From NCBI GenBank assembly GCA_964590205.1, contig CAZPVO010000002.1:65005-129004 (forward strand): DNA of 64,000 nucleotides, written 5' to 3'. The notes below the pieces were generated by a model. The model was not told the DNA's origin and made no database searches. It worked only from the letters and a program-made list of their open reading frames with translations. This DNA is from an uncultured Candidatus Saccharibacteria bacterium. GTDB taxonomy: Bacteria; Patescibacteriota; Saccharimonadia; Saccharimonadales; JAGQNJ01. Made by a program: the position numbers and the translations under genes. This document shows positions 16,372-27,594 of this stretch, piece after piece (the stretch's first letter is position 1; every line of letters begins with the position of its first letter).

Positions 16372-17799
16372 ATGAAAAACAACGCCTCACTGCTTTATAG
16401 TTTTTTTTTGATAGTTGGTGATTTTGTTTCCTTGCTAGCAGCTTTTGTGATCGCCTATATTTTGCGCGTTAGCTACGCTGATCGGCCAATTTTCGCGCCA
16501 GTCCATGCACGAACGTATTTTGGGTTCTTTCTTCTGATCGTACCATTCTGGCTTTTGATCTTTGCGTTCCTTGGTTTGTATAACCGCTCAATCTACGAAA
16601 AACGCTTTAGCGAATTTGGCCGACTCTTTTTAGGTTCATTTGTGGGGCTCTTATTTATAACAGGTATCGCTTACTTTAGTAACCGCCCGATTTTTCCAGC
16701 CAAGTTAGTTCCTGTTTATGGATTCCTGCTCACGTTTGTACTCTTAGTTATTAGCCGAACAATCTTGCGATTTTTGCGTCGCATATTATTCGGTTACGGC
16801 TACGGAATAAGCAACTTACTAATTGTTGGTAACACCGAAGCGACAAATGAGTTAATTGATTGGTTGGCCGAGCCAAAACAATCTGGCTACAAAATTATTG
16901 GTATTGTTGGCAAAACTGGCCAAAGTCGCGATCATATCAAACGTTTTGATAGTTTTGACGATGCGATTTCGAGTCTTAAATCAAATCGTATTCACAGTAT
17001 TATGCAGACTGAGCTATTCCACGACAGCGTTGAAAACAACAAGATTCTTACCTTTGCCCAGACGCACCATGTTGCGTACAGATTTATTCCAGGAAACTCA
17101 GAATTATTTGTAGGAAACATCGATGTTGAATTGTTTCAATCTTCGATTCCTATGATTGCCGTTCACCAAACCGCTCTGGTGGGTTGGGGACGCATTATTA
17201 AAAGATTATTTGACTTCTTTGTGGCGCTCATTATTTTGGTGGTTCTGTCGCCGTTCATTTTGTTAATTGCACTTTTAAATCTGATTTTTACTGGTGGGAT
17301 ATTTTTCCGTCAAACCCGGCTGACGCGTTTTAATCATAAGTTTAGGGTTTTCAAATTCCAAACACTCAAAAAAAAATATAACGGTCTGACGCCTGAGCAA
17401 GGCTTTACCAAAATGGGCAAGCCAGAACTTATTAAGGAATTTCGCGATAATGGTGACTTCTTACCAAACGATCCGCGCATTACAGGCTTTGGGCGATTTT
17501 TGCGGCGCACAAGTTTGGATGAAATTCCGCAGCTTTTTAACGTACTGAAGGGCGACATTAGTTTGGTTGGACCACGAGCACTTATTCCAGAAGAACTCGA
17601 ACAATACGCTAAGAAACACACAATATTAAGTGTTAAATCCGGCCTAACTGGACTGGCCCAGGTTTCCGGGCGTAAAAACATCAGTTTTGACGAACGTCGT
17701 AAACTCGATTTGTACTACGTGCAGAACTGGAGCTTCTGGTTTGATCTGGTAATTCTTATAAAAACGCTGCGCGTCATAATTAATAGCAACGACCAATGA
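16372..17799 (+). CDS. polyprenyl-phosphate sugar-phosphate transferase (WbaP/CpsE-like initiating enzyme)
   Basis: N-terminal TM helices, a central domain, and the C-terminal bacterial sugar transferase domain with DEIPQLFNVLKGDISLVGPRA. Confidence 0.85.
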   Translation: MKNNASLLYSFFLIVGDFVSLLAAFVIAYILRVSYADRPIFAPVHARTYFGFFLLIVPFWLLIFAFLGLYNRSIYEKRFSEFGRLFLGSFVGLLFITGIAYFSNRPIFPAKLVPVYGFLLTFVLLVISRTILRFLRRILFGYGYGISNLLIVGNTEATNELIDWLAEPKQSGYKIIGIVGKTGQSRDHIKRFDSFDDAISSLKSNRIHSIMQTELFHDSVENNKILTFAQTHHVAYRFIPGNSELFVGNIDVELFQSSIPMIAVHQTALVGWGRIIKRLFDFFVALIILVVLSPFILLIALLNLIFTGGIFFRQTRLTRFNHKFRVFKFQTLKKKYNGLTPEQGFTKMGKPELIKEFRDNGDFLPNDPRITGFGRFLRRTSLDEIPQLFNVLKGDISLVGPRALIPEELEQYAKKHTILSVKSGLTGLAQVSGRKNISFDERRKLDLYYVQNWSFWFDLVILIKTLRVIINSNDQ

Positions 17800-18902
17800 A
17801 AAAAGATCTAAAAGTTGCTATTGTGCATGACTGGCTAGTGGGAGGCGGTGCAGAGTTGGTTGTTGAACAACTGCACAAAATGTATCCCGAAGCACCCATT
17901 TATACGTCTTATTGTTCGGACGAGTGGCGCAAGCGACTTGATAACAAAGTTGTAACTGGCTGGCTACAAAACTGGCCGTTTTCAAAACTTCGCAAATACA
18001 TTCCGGTGCTACGAATTTGGTGGTTCACACATTTGGATTTCTCAAGCTACGATTTAGTGATTAGCAGTTCAGGCAATGGCGAGGCTAAGGGTGTTAAAAC
18101 TTCAAAAGACACGATGCACGTTTGTTATTGTCACTCGCCTACTCATTTTTATTGGCGGCACTACAACCAATATATAAAGAGTCCTGGCTTTGGCATGATG
18201 AATCCGGTTGTGCGCCTGGGACTTAAACTTTTAGTCGGCCCACTCAGGCGTTGGGACAAAAAAGCTGCACAGCGACCAGATTATTACATTGCCAACTCAA
18301 CTCATATTAAAAAAGATATCCAAACATATTATGGACGTGATTCAGTCGTGATTTACCCGCCAGTTAATGTTGATCGATTTAAAATTTCTGGCGCTCAGCG
18401 AAAAAACTTCATCACGGTTGGTCGACAAGTACCCTACAAAAAAGTTGATCTTAGCGTGCAAGCTTGCAGCAAATTGAATTTGCCGCTAACTGTGATTGGT
18501 CGTGGTCCAGAAAACGAGCACTTACAAAAAATGGCCGGAACAAGCGTTACTTTTGACACAAATGCCAGCGACGAAGCCGTCAATAAATACATGGCCGAGG
18601 CCAAAGCTTTTATGATTGCGGCATTTGAAGATTTTGGTATCACACCAGTGGAAGCATTGGCAGCTGGAACGCCAGTAATTGCCTACAAAGCTGGTGGTGC
18701 ACTCGATTACGTCACGCCTGAGACTGGTGTGCTCTTTGAAAAGCAAACGGTTGAGAGTTTACAAAAGGCCCTGGTAAGTTTTCAAAGTAAAAAGTTCGAC
18801 TCCGCCAAAATTAAAGCATCGGCCGAAAAGTTTTCAGTTCAAAATTTCCAAAAAAATCTGAATGAGTTTTTAAACCTTGTTATTAATAAGGAGAATAAAT
18901 GA
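17796..18902 (+). CDS. GT4-family glycosyltransferase
   Basis: GT-B fold with an EX7E-type motif (EDFGITPVEALAAGTPVIA). 4-nt overlap (ATGA) with the upstream gene. Confidence 0.8.
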   Translation: MKKDLKVAIVHDWLVGGGAELVVEQLHKMYPEAPIYTSYCSDEWRKRLDNKVVTGWLQNWPFSKLRKYIPVLRIWWFTHLDFSSYDLVISSSGNGEAKGVKTSKDTMHVCYCHSPTHFYWRHYNQYIKSPGFGMMNPVVRLGLKLLVGPLRRWDKKAAQRPDYYIANSTHIKKDIQTYYGRDSVVIYPPVNVDRFKISGAQRKNFITVGRQVPYKKVDLSVQACSKLNLPLTVIGRGPENEHLQKMAGTSVTFDTNASDEAVNKYMAEAKAFMIAAFEDFGITPVEALAAGTPVIAYKAGGALDYVTPETGVLFEKQTVESLQKALVSFQSKKFDSAKIKASAEKFSVQNFQKNLNEFLNLVINKENK

Positions 18903-19915
18903 AGAATATTTTAGTGACAGGCGGTGCGGGATTTATTGGTTCTCACACAGTCGTTGAACTGGTTAGTGCCGGCTACACTCCAATTATCGTCGATAACTTT
19001 AATAATTCTGATCGCAAAGTTTTGGACAGATTAGAGAAAATTACCAGTCAAAAGCCGATTTGTTACGACCAAGATTATCAAAACAAAGCCGAGCTGCTGA
19101 AAATTTTCAAAAAACACCAAATCGATGGCGTCATTCATTTTGCAGCATACAAGGCTGTTGGTGAATCTGTTGAACAGCCGCTCAAGTATTATCAAAACAA
19201 TATTGCCGGACTCATTACACTTATGGACGCCATGGAAGAATTTGGCATGAAGAATTTGGTGTTTTCATCATCCTGCACCGTTTATGGTGATCCTGACAAA
19301 GTCCCAGTTACCGAAGACAGCCCAGTCAAACCAGCCAACTCACCATACGGCGCCACCAAGCAAATGGGTGAAACGATTATTCGCGACATCACTAAGGTAA
19401 GCAAAAACTTGCGCTCGCTTGCATTACGATATTTTAATCCAATCGGTGCCCATCCTTCTTCATTAATTGGCGAGCTACCGATTGGTGTGCCAAACTGCCT
19501 CGTCCCTTACATCACGCAAACGGCGGCCGGCATTCGCGAAAAGCTAACAGTAAATGGTGATGATTATGACACGACGGACGGTACTTGTATTCGCGATTAC
19601 ATTCACGTGGTTGATTTGGCCAAAGCGCACGTTAAAGCACTTGAGTATTTAGCCAAGCAAAAGCCAAGCTTTTATGACTATGTGAATTTTGGCACTGGCA
19701 CAGGCAGCAGCGTGCTTGAAGTCATTAACACATTCGAAAAAGTTTCTGGTCAAAAATTGCCTTACGAGATTGGTCCACGTCGACCTGGCGATGCAGTGAC
19801 TGTCTACGCTTCAACAGACAAAGCTACGAAAATTTTAGGCTGGAAAGCTGAACTCACTTTAGCCGATGCATTAAAAGACGCTTGGAACTGGCAACAAACA
19901 TTGCCTAAATCCTAA
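18899..19915 (+). CDS. galE: UDP-glucose 4-epimerase
   Basis: GGAGFIGSH Rossmann motif, SSSCTVYG and YGATK (YxxxK). 338 aa, GalE-like throughout. Confidence 0.85.
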   Translation: MKNILVTGGAGFIGSHTVVELVSAGYTPIIVDNFNNSDRKVLDRLEKITSQKPICYDQDYQNKAELLKIFKKHQIDGVIHFAAYKAVGESVEQPLKYYQNNIAGLITLMDAMEEFGMKNLVFSSSCTVYGDPDKVPVTEDSPVKPANSPYGATKQMGETIIRDITKVSKNLRSLALRYFNPIGAHPSSLIGELPIGVPNCLVPYITQTAAGIREKLTVNGDDYDTTDGTCIRDYIHVVDLAKAHVKALEYLAKQKPSFYDYVNFGTGTGSSVLEVINTFEKVSGQKLPYEIGPRRPGDAVTVYASTDKATKILGWKAELTLADALKDAWNWQQTLPKS

Positions 19916-20358
19916 GCTACTTCGTGGCCAGTTTCTCTATTAATGCGACTTGAGCTGTCCCGTTTCACGATTGAGTTGCTACCAACTCCAAAGACCAATT
20001 TAATCCCGAGCTCGTTACATGTTTCTGTTTCTAGTATTGCTCGTTCGCCATCACGATCACCACCATTGGCAAATACTAATTCGTCATCTGGATATTTAAT
20101 TGCAATCTCGCGAAGCGTTTTATTCTGACCAGGATCACTATCAACAGACAGCATAACTTCGTCCACAGCTCGTAGTGCCGACATCAGCCGCACACGATTA
20201 TTCTCATCCAGAATGATCTTACCCTTTTTTAAATGTTGCTGATGGTCGTTATTAACAACAACTATTAGGTAGTCACCTAATGTGCGAGCTTCTTCAATCA
20301 TATCCAAATGTCCACCGTGCAGAGGATTAAAGTAACCGCTAACAATTATTCGTTTCAT
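19912..20358 (-). CDS. cytidylyltransferase-like nucleotidyltransferase (HxGH class; TagD/RfaE-domain-II-like)
   Basis: IIVSGYFNPLHGGHLDMIEEA carries the HxGH motif of the cytidylyltransferase superfamily. 148 aa. Confidence 0.65.
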   Translation of the reverse strand: MKRIIVSGYFNPLHGGHLDMIEEARTLGDYLIVVVNNDHQQHLKKGKIILDENNRVRLMSALRAVDEVMLSVDSDPGQNKTLREIAIKYPDDELVFANGGDRDGERAILETETCNELGIKLVFGVGSNSIVKRDSSSRINRETGHEVA

Positions 20359-20375
20359 CGCTCTATAGTAGCAGA

Positions 20376-22183
<1,808 letters not shown>

Positions 22184-22184
<1 letters not shown>

Positions 22185-22783
22185 TGACTGACAACAAATC
22201 CGACGTTAAGCAAACCAGTAGTCGCGCAGTTCATAAAACCAAGTTTGAGGGCATGCTAATTTTTGATCTGAATATTTTTGAAGATCCGCGAGGCAAATTT
22301 ACTGAAGTTTGGCAAACCGAAGCCATGGCTGAGTTGGGACTTCCCGAAGTAAATCCAAAACAACTCGGCATTGCTCATTCTAAAAAAGGCACAATCCGTG
22401 CTATTCACGCCGAACCTTATGACAAAATTGTGCACGTTGTGCGTGGCAAAGTTTTTTGTGCCATGACTGATCTTCGCAAAGATTCAAAAACATTTGGCGA
22501 AGTTGAAACTTTCGAGCTCGATTGCAACCAAATGCTGTTTATTCCAAAAGGTGTTGGCAACGGTGTGCAAGCCATTTCTGATGAAGACGTCGATTACGTG
22601 TACTGTGTGACTGGCCTTTGGAGTGCTGAAAAAGCTTACTCAGGTGGCTACCTGGCTATCAATTTTGCCGATCCAGATTTAAACATCCAGTGGCCAATTG
22701 GCGAAGACGGCTGGATTGTGTCACTCAAAGATCAGCAAAACCCAACCATGCGTGAATCGTTTCCGGAGAAATACAATGGATAG
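22184..22783 (+). CDS. rfbC: dTDP-4-dehydrorhamnose 3,5-epimerase
   Basis: Cupin-type RmlC-like sequence (FEDPRGKFTEVW...IRAIHAEPYDKIV). It lies between rfbB and rfbD. Confidence 0.85.
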
Positions 22784-23633
22784 TTCACGCTTTCTAATTA
22801 TTGGTGCGAACGGCCAACTTGGCACGGCGCTTAAAGCTCAATACCCAGATGCACAGGCCGCTGATGTCGATGAACTTGACATTACTAATAAAGAATCTGT
22901 TAACAATTACGACTGGTCCGTTGTTGACGTTATATTAAATGCCGCAGCCTTTACTAATGTTGATGGTGCTGAAACACCTGAAGGAAGAGTTGGTGCCTGG
23001 AAGGTTAATGCCGAAGCCGTCAAAAATCTTACCTATGCTGTTTGGAAACATCAGCTCAAGGCTATTGTTCATATTTCGACTGACTATGTATTTGACGGAA
23101 CTCAGCAACAGCACGATGAGAATGAGCCTTTTGCACCACTGAGTGTTTATGGTGCTAGTAAAGCGGCTGGCGATTTATTGGTTGCTCAAGTAGATAAACA
23201 CTATATCCTGCGAACCAGCTGGGTGATTGGCGAAGGCAAGAACTTTGTCCGCACTATGCTTGAGCTCGCCAACAAAGGCATTAACCCAACTGTTGTGTCC
23301 GACCAAGTTGGCCGCCTAACTTTTACATCTGAGCTTGTTCGCGCTATCGATCACCTGCTGAGCACTAACGCCGAATTTGGCACTTATAACGTCACAAACG
23401 GTGGCGATTCTGCCAGCTGGGCCGGCATTACACGTAAGATTTATGAATTTGCCCACCTTGGAAACTCTGTCACTGACACTACGACTGAAGAATATTACAA
23501 AGGCAAAGAAAATATTGCGCCGCGACCATTAAACAGCACACTTAAGTTAGATAAAATACAGGGAACTGGTTTTGAGCCCGTGAACTGGGAAGAAGATCTT
23601 AAAAAATATGTTGAAAAGGAGCTCGGTAAATGA
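22776..23633 (+). CDS. rfbD: dTDP-4-dehydrorhamnose reductase
   Basis: The start MDSSRFLIIGANGQLG (Rossmann motif) at 22776 overlaps the rfbC stop by 8 nt. STDYVFDG and YGASK motifs are present. The track ORF start 22698 is an over-extension. Confidence 0.85.
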   Translation: MDSSRFLIIGANGQLGTALKAQYPDAQAADVDELDITNKESVNNYDWSVVDVILNAAAFTNVDGAETPEGRVGAWKVNAEAVKNLTYAVWKHQLKAIVHISTDYVFDGTQQQHDENEPFAPLSVYGASKAAGDLLVAQVDKHYILRTSWVIGEGKNFVRTMLELANKGINPTVVSDQVGRLTFTSELVRAIDHLLSTNAEFGTYNVTNGGDSASWAGITRKIYEFAHLGNSVTDTTTEEYYKGKENIAPRPLNSTLKLDKIQGTGFEPVNWEEDLKKYVEKELGK

Positions 23634-24493
23634 AAGGCATTATTTTAGCTGGTGGATCTGGAACTCGTTTGTATCCAATTACGCTCGGCGTCAGTAAGCA
23701 ACTGATTCCACTGTATGACAAGCCGATGATTTATTATCCGCTCAGCGTTTTAATTAACGCGGGTATTAATGACATTCTAATTATTTCAACTCCGCAGGAT
23801 TTGCCACGTTTCGAACAACTCCTCAGTAGTGGTAAAGACATTGGCTGTGACTTTAGTTATAAAATTCAAGACAAGCCACGTGGTCTAGCAGATGCATTTG
23901 TGGTTGGTGCTGATTTTATTGGCGATGATAAGGTTTGCATGATTTTAGGTGATAACATTTTCTTTGGTTCCGATTTTGATGCCAAAGTTCGCGAAGCAGT
24001 CGATTGTGACGGTGGTGTGATTTTTGGCCAGCAGGTTGCTGATCCAGAACGTTACGGCATTGTCGAATTCGATAAAGACATGAAGGTTGTCTCTATTGAA
24101 GAAAAGCCCGAAAAACCAAAATCAAATTACGCTATTCCAGGGCTCTACTTTTTTGATAACAAGGTTGTTGAATACGCGAAGCACGTTAAGCCAAGTGCTC
24201 GTGGTGAAGTAGAAATTACTGAGCTGCATAACGCCTATTTGCGCGAAGGAAAACTCAAAGTTCAGCTGCTCGATCGTGGTACGGCCTGGCTCGACACTGG
24301 AACATTTGCCAGCATGAATCAAGCTGCTCAATTTGTACAAGTAATCGAAGAACGCCAAGGCATTAAAGTCGGTTGTATTGAAGAAGCCGCTTGGCGCCAA
24401 GGCTTTATTAACGATAAACAGCTAGAGGAACTCGGCAACAAATTCCTCAAAAGCGGCTACGGTAAATATTTGCTTGAACTGCTTAAGAGTTAA
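23630..24493 (+). CDS. rfbA: glucose-1-phosphate thymidylyltransferase
   Basis: MKGIILAGGSGTRLYPIT... is the RmlA signature. 287 aa. Confidence 0.9.
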   Translation: MKGIILAGGSGTRLYPITLGVSKQLIPLYDKPMIYYPLSVLINAGINDILIISTPQDLPRFEQLLSSGKDIGCDFSYKIQDKPRGLADAFVVGADFIGDDKVCMILGDNIFFGSDFDAKVREAVDCDGGVIFGQQVADPERYGIVEFDKDMKVVSIEEKPEKPKSNYAIPGLYFFDNKVVEYAKHVKPSARGEVEITELHNAYLREGKLKVQLLDRGTAWLDTGTFASMNQAAQFVQVIEERQGIKVGCIEEAAWRQGFINDKQLEELGNKFLKSGYGKYLLELLKS

Positions 24494-25018
24494 TTAAGCA
24501 GCAGTGGGTTCTGGGCTATGATAGGGTCGAACTTCGCATTGTTGACCTAAGCGTCGTTGCTCATAAGCAGTAGTTGCCACACCTTGCCCACGAAATTCTG
24601 GTTGTACCCATATATATGCATCGTCATACCAAACCGGATCAGCATAAGGTTCTAGTGGCTCCATGAGGTGTCTGGATACTATGACTCCTAATGATTTAGG
24701 CATTTCGCCACAGCCATTTCCATCTTGAATTATATGTAGGTTCCAGCCACTCTCTGACTGAACGTGCCGTGGAGTTCCAGTAAAGTATCTGCCCGGCAGT
24801 AGTTGAGCGACGCCAGCATTTTCTACTGCATTCCATATGCTGTCTGCAGCAAGCCTAAGCTCTTCGGGAACCTCTTCATCAGCGCTAAATGCTTCGACAA
24901 CTGTTCTAGTTCTTGATAACAATTCACCTTCCCATTTTCGCGCATAACTATTAGACCAATGCTTTGCATCAAACCCCACCGCCCTAGCTTCGGGAGTCCA
25001 TATTCTGTCAAATGCCAT
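24494..25018 (-). CDS. hypothetical protein with C-terminal GNAT-like motif
   Basis: 174 aa. IWVQPEFRGQGVATTAYEQ resembles GNAT motif A (V.PE.RG.G). The N-terminal half is unrecognised. Its stop abuts the rfbA stop with zero spacing. Confidence 0.4.
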   Translation of the reverse strand: MAFDRIWTPEARAVGFDAKHWSNSYARKWEGELLSRTRTVVEAFSADEEVPEELRLAADSIWNAVENAGVAQLLPGRYFTGTPRHVQSESGWNLHIIQDGNGCGEMPKSLGVIVSRHLMEPLEPYADPVWYDDAYIWVQPEFRGQGVATTAYEQRRLGQQCEVRPYHSPEPTAA

Positions 25019-25085
25019 GGTAATTCTCCTCTGTTACTAATTGGTATTATCTACCCAATTAGCAGATTTGCAAGCATGAACAGAA

Positions 25086-25538
25086 TTAAAGTAATCTTAG
25101 GTTGGTGAGTGAGATTATACTTGGGGGCGAAAGCTTATAATCTTTTAGTTTGTCCACTGGCACCCAAATTGGTTCAATAAAATCATCCTCGATGGTTAGT
25201 TTTACATCTTCGGCTTTTTGCTTTAGATGGACCTTATAATTGTAAAACGTCATTTTTACTAACACGTGTTCGCCTGTGTCACGCAGTTCTTTTTCGCTAT
25301 CGTTCTTAAACGCATCGCCGGGCATTTTTTCTATATTCTCATTTGTAATATCAATGCCTGTTTCCTCGAGTGTCTCACGGATCAATGCCTGAATATGTGT
25401 TTCACCTTCCTCTACCCCGCCACCTGGAATAATAAGCGTGCCTGGATACACACCGCCTTTGCGACTTTTGCCCATGAGTAACTTGTTGTCACTACTAAAA
25501 AGAAATGGTCCAACAATGTCTCGATAAATTGTGCGCAT
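25086..25538 (-). CDS. NUDIX hydrolase
   Basis: Nudix box GGGVEEGETHIQALIRETLEETGI. Confidence 0.8.
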   Translation of the reverse strand: MRTIYRDIVGPFLFSSDNKLLMGKSRKGGVYPGTLIIPGGGVEEGETHIQALIRETLEETGIDITNENIEKMPGDAFKNDSEKELRDTGEHVLVKMTFYNYKVHLKQKAEDVKLTIEDDFIEPIWVPVDKLKDYKLSPPSIISLTNLRLL

Positions 25539-25570
25539 ACTTATAAACTACTGTAAAACGTCCCAAATTG

Positions 25571-25867
25571 CTACGTAAGGAATCGCGTACTAATGAACCA
25601 GTTCTTGGTTGCAGTATCTACCTTAACGTGATGCTTTACTCTAAATCCTTGCTGACGCATGATTTCTACCACCCCATCATCAAGCTGAAAAAATTTAGCC
25701 TTTTGGCCTTCTCCAGGGAAGTGTCGAACATGATTATACTGAGACTCATCAAAAGTATGTGCCGATGTATTATCTGGTTTAACATTGAGTAATTCACTAC
25801 CAAAAATTACACTAAATTCAATTGGACCTGCCGGGAATTCACCAACTCCTTCAGAGTCTATACTCAT
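25571..25867 (-). CDS. hypothetical protein (98 aa)
   Basis: ORF in the same orientation as its neighbours. No recognisable motif. Confidence 0.4.
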   Translation of the reverse strand: MSIDSEGVGEFPAGPIEFSVIFGSELLNVKPDNTSAHTFDESQYNHVRHFPGEGQKAKFFQLDDGVVEIMRQQGFRVKHHVKVDTATKNWFISTRFLT

Positions 25868-25921
25868 AAGACTATTATAAAACCAAACGAGCAGTTTGTT
25901 GAATTTTACTGTGTTGAAAGT

Positions 25922-26518
25922 CTAGTTGAAGGTTGTTGGGATATTGTAAAGCTTAGTAGCATCTGGGTCTGGACCTTCGCTAGCTTGTACAACTACCCAT
26001 GTATCATTTACTTTTTTAAGTGTATATGGAGTGCTGGCGCTTTTGCTTCCGTTATTGCAGGTTGCGGTCAACTGTGCAAACGTTTTATCTGTAGAATACA
26101 TGACTACTTTTTTATCTGTTCCCATTGTGCCAGCTGTAAAAACAAGTGCCTTTTTGGTTGTTGGGTCAACGCTTGCTTCGCAGTATGCTTTTGCCGCAGC
26201 CAGAACAGCATCGTCAGTTGTCGTTGTTTTAGTGCTGCTCGATGATGAGCTTGATTTGCTTGCTGCAGCCTTTGCGTCGGCAACTTGCTTATTTAAATCA
26301 CTAACCTGTGAGTTTAACTGTTGTACTTGAGCGTTTGCAGATTTAACTTTCTGATTCTGCCAATAGTAAACTCCGTATGCTGCACCTGCTATCAAAACCA
26401 ATACCAACAAAACCTTTAAAACACCCTTGCCCTTGCCACCACTTTTTTGTGGAACTGGCGTTATTGGTGTTACTCCCGCGGATTGAGCGGCAGCTTGATT
26501 TTCTAATTCATCGTCCAT
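25922..26518 (-). CDS. membrane-anchored hypothetical protein (coiled-coil + Ser/Thr-rich linker + small globular domain)
   Basis: One TM helix (VLKVLLVLVLIAGAAYGVYYW), a Q-rich coiled segment, then the run SSSSSSSTKTTTT. Confidence 0.5.
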   Translation of the reverse strand: MDDELENQAAAQSAGVTPITPVPQKSGGKGKGVLKVLLVLVLIAGAAYGVYYWQNQKVKSANAQVQQLNSQVSDLNKQVADAKAAASKSSSSSSSTKTTTTDDAVLAAAKAYCEASVDPTTKKALVFTAGTMGTDKKVVMYSTDKTFAQLTATCNNGSKSASTPYTLKKVNDTWVVVQASEGPDPDATKLYNIPTTFN

Positions 26519-26762
26519 GTAAGGATCCTCTTATATTTTAAGTGCTTATGCTTACAGTTTATCATGCGAACTGTCATTTTTTTACAACAATCATTCTTGC
26601 ATGTTTTTCTCTTGGCAAGGTCTTCCCTGATTGTAGCCTAGCTTACACATTACCTTCTTAAAAATCAAAATATTGTTGATTAAAACAGTGGTAAATTAAA
26701 CACTTGCTCGTTCGAATTTTTGCATTACAATTGCGGCCATGAAAAAGTCAGTGCGCACATAT

Positions 26763-26770
26763 TGTATAAT
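26763..26770 (+). promoter_or_regulatory. extended -10 promoter element (TGTATAAT)
   Basis: TGTATAAT lies 14 nt upstream of ATG 26784, with AAGGAGGG in between. This implies a very short leader. Confidence 0.3.
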
Positions 26771-26783
26771 GTAAGGAGGGTAA

Positions 26784-27545
26784 ATGAAAAAAAGATTATC
26801 AGAAATAGGTTTCTCGGTATTTTACTTGCTGGCAGCACTAGTTGTGATTGCTGTTATAGGCATTGTTGCATGGAAAGTATTTGCCAAGAAGCCTGGCACA
26901 ATGGAAAGCTCCTCTAACTCACAGACAACTCAGAATACTCAGCAAGTCCCAAAACAAGAGTTAGCAACATATAAGAACGATAAAGCTCGGATTACTTTTC
27001 AGTACCCAACAACTTGGAAAAGTGAATCTCAAGACTTAGTTAATCCTAATGATGGATCCTATGATGGCACAAAGGGGTCAATAACATCCCCTAGTGGCAA
27101 CAAACTGGTTTGGAATTATGTATTTGTCGGTGGAGGTGGCGGACAATGTGAGCCCCTTCCAAGCGACCAGCCGTTCCACCCGGGTAACGACTGTCCATCA
27201 AAACAAATTATTTCAGTTGAAAAGGTACAAACTATTAAGAATCCATCCAACGCACCCGGAGATATATTCCAAGACAGTATGTTCATCACGAAAACCAAAT
27301 ACCTTTCCAATGCATCAGGTGAAAAAGAATCATTCCAAATTTGCTTAGACCCATACTTTACATCAACAACTAACGGTCATACCGATATGACCCCAACCCC
27401 AGAGACTGTTATGGGATTTCTTGCTCCTTGCGAATTCTTTAAGATTGGCTTTGGTGCAAACTTTAGTGTAAATAGCGAAGCGGATTTTAATTCCCCCGAT
27501 GCTAAAACTGCCGAACAAATAATGAAAACTTTCAATTCCTATTAA
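26784..27545 (+). CDS. membrane-anchored/secreted hypothetical protein
   Basis: Strong SD (AAGGAGGG), an N-terminal hydrophobic helix and a Q/T/S-rich linker. The FQYPTTWK segment is common in secreted proteins of small-genome bacteria. Confidence 0.5.
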   Translation: MKKRLSEIGFSVFYLLAALVVIAVIGIVAWKVFAKKPGTMESSSNSQTTQNTQQVPKQELATYKNDKARITFQYPTTWKSESQDLVNPNDGSYDGTKGSITSPSGNKLVWNYVFVGGGGGQCEPLPSDQPFHPGNDCPSKQIISVEKVQTIKNPSNAPGDIFQDSMFITKTKYLSNASGEKESFQICLDPYFTSTTNGHTDMTPTPETVMGFLAPCEFFKIGFGANFSVNSEADFNSPDAKTAEQIMKTFNSY

Positions 27546-27594
27546 GCAATAAGATTCTAGAAGAATACTAATAACATCGTTCAGGAGGATTATT

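Noticed and set aside
22698-22775. N-terminal extension of rfbD in the ORF track.
   Set aside because: It overlaps the rfbC 3' end by 86 nt. The Rossmann motif begins right after the ATG at 22776, which gives a standard 8-nt overlap.
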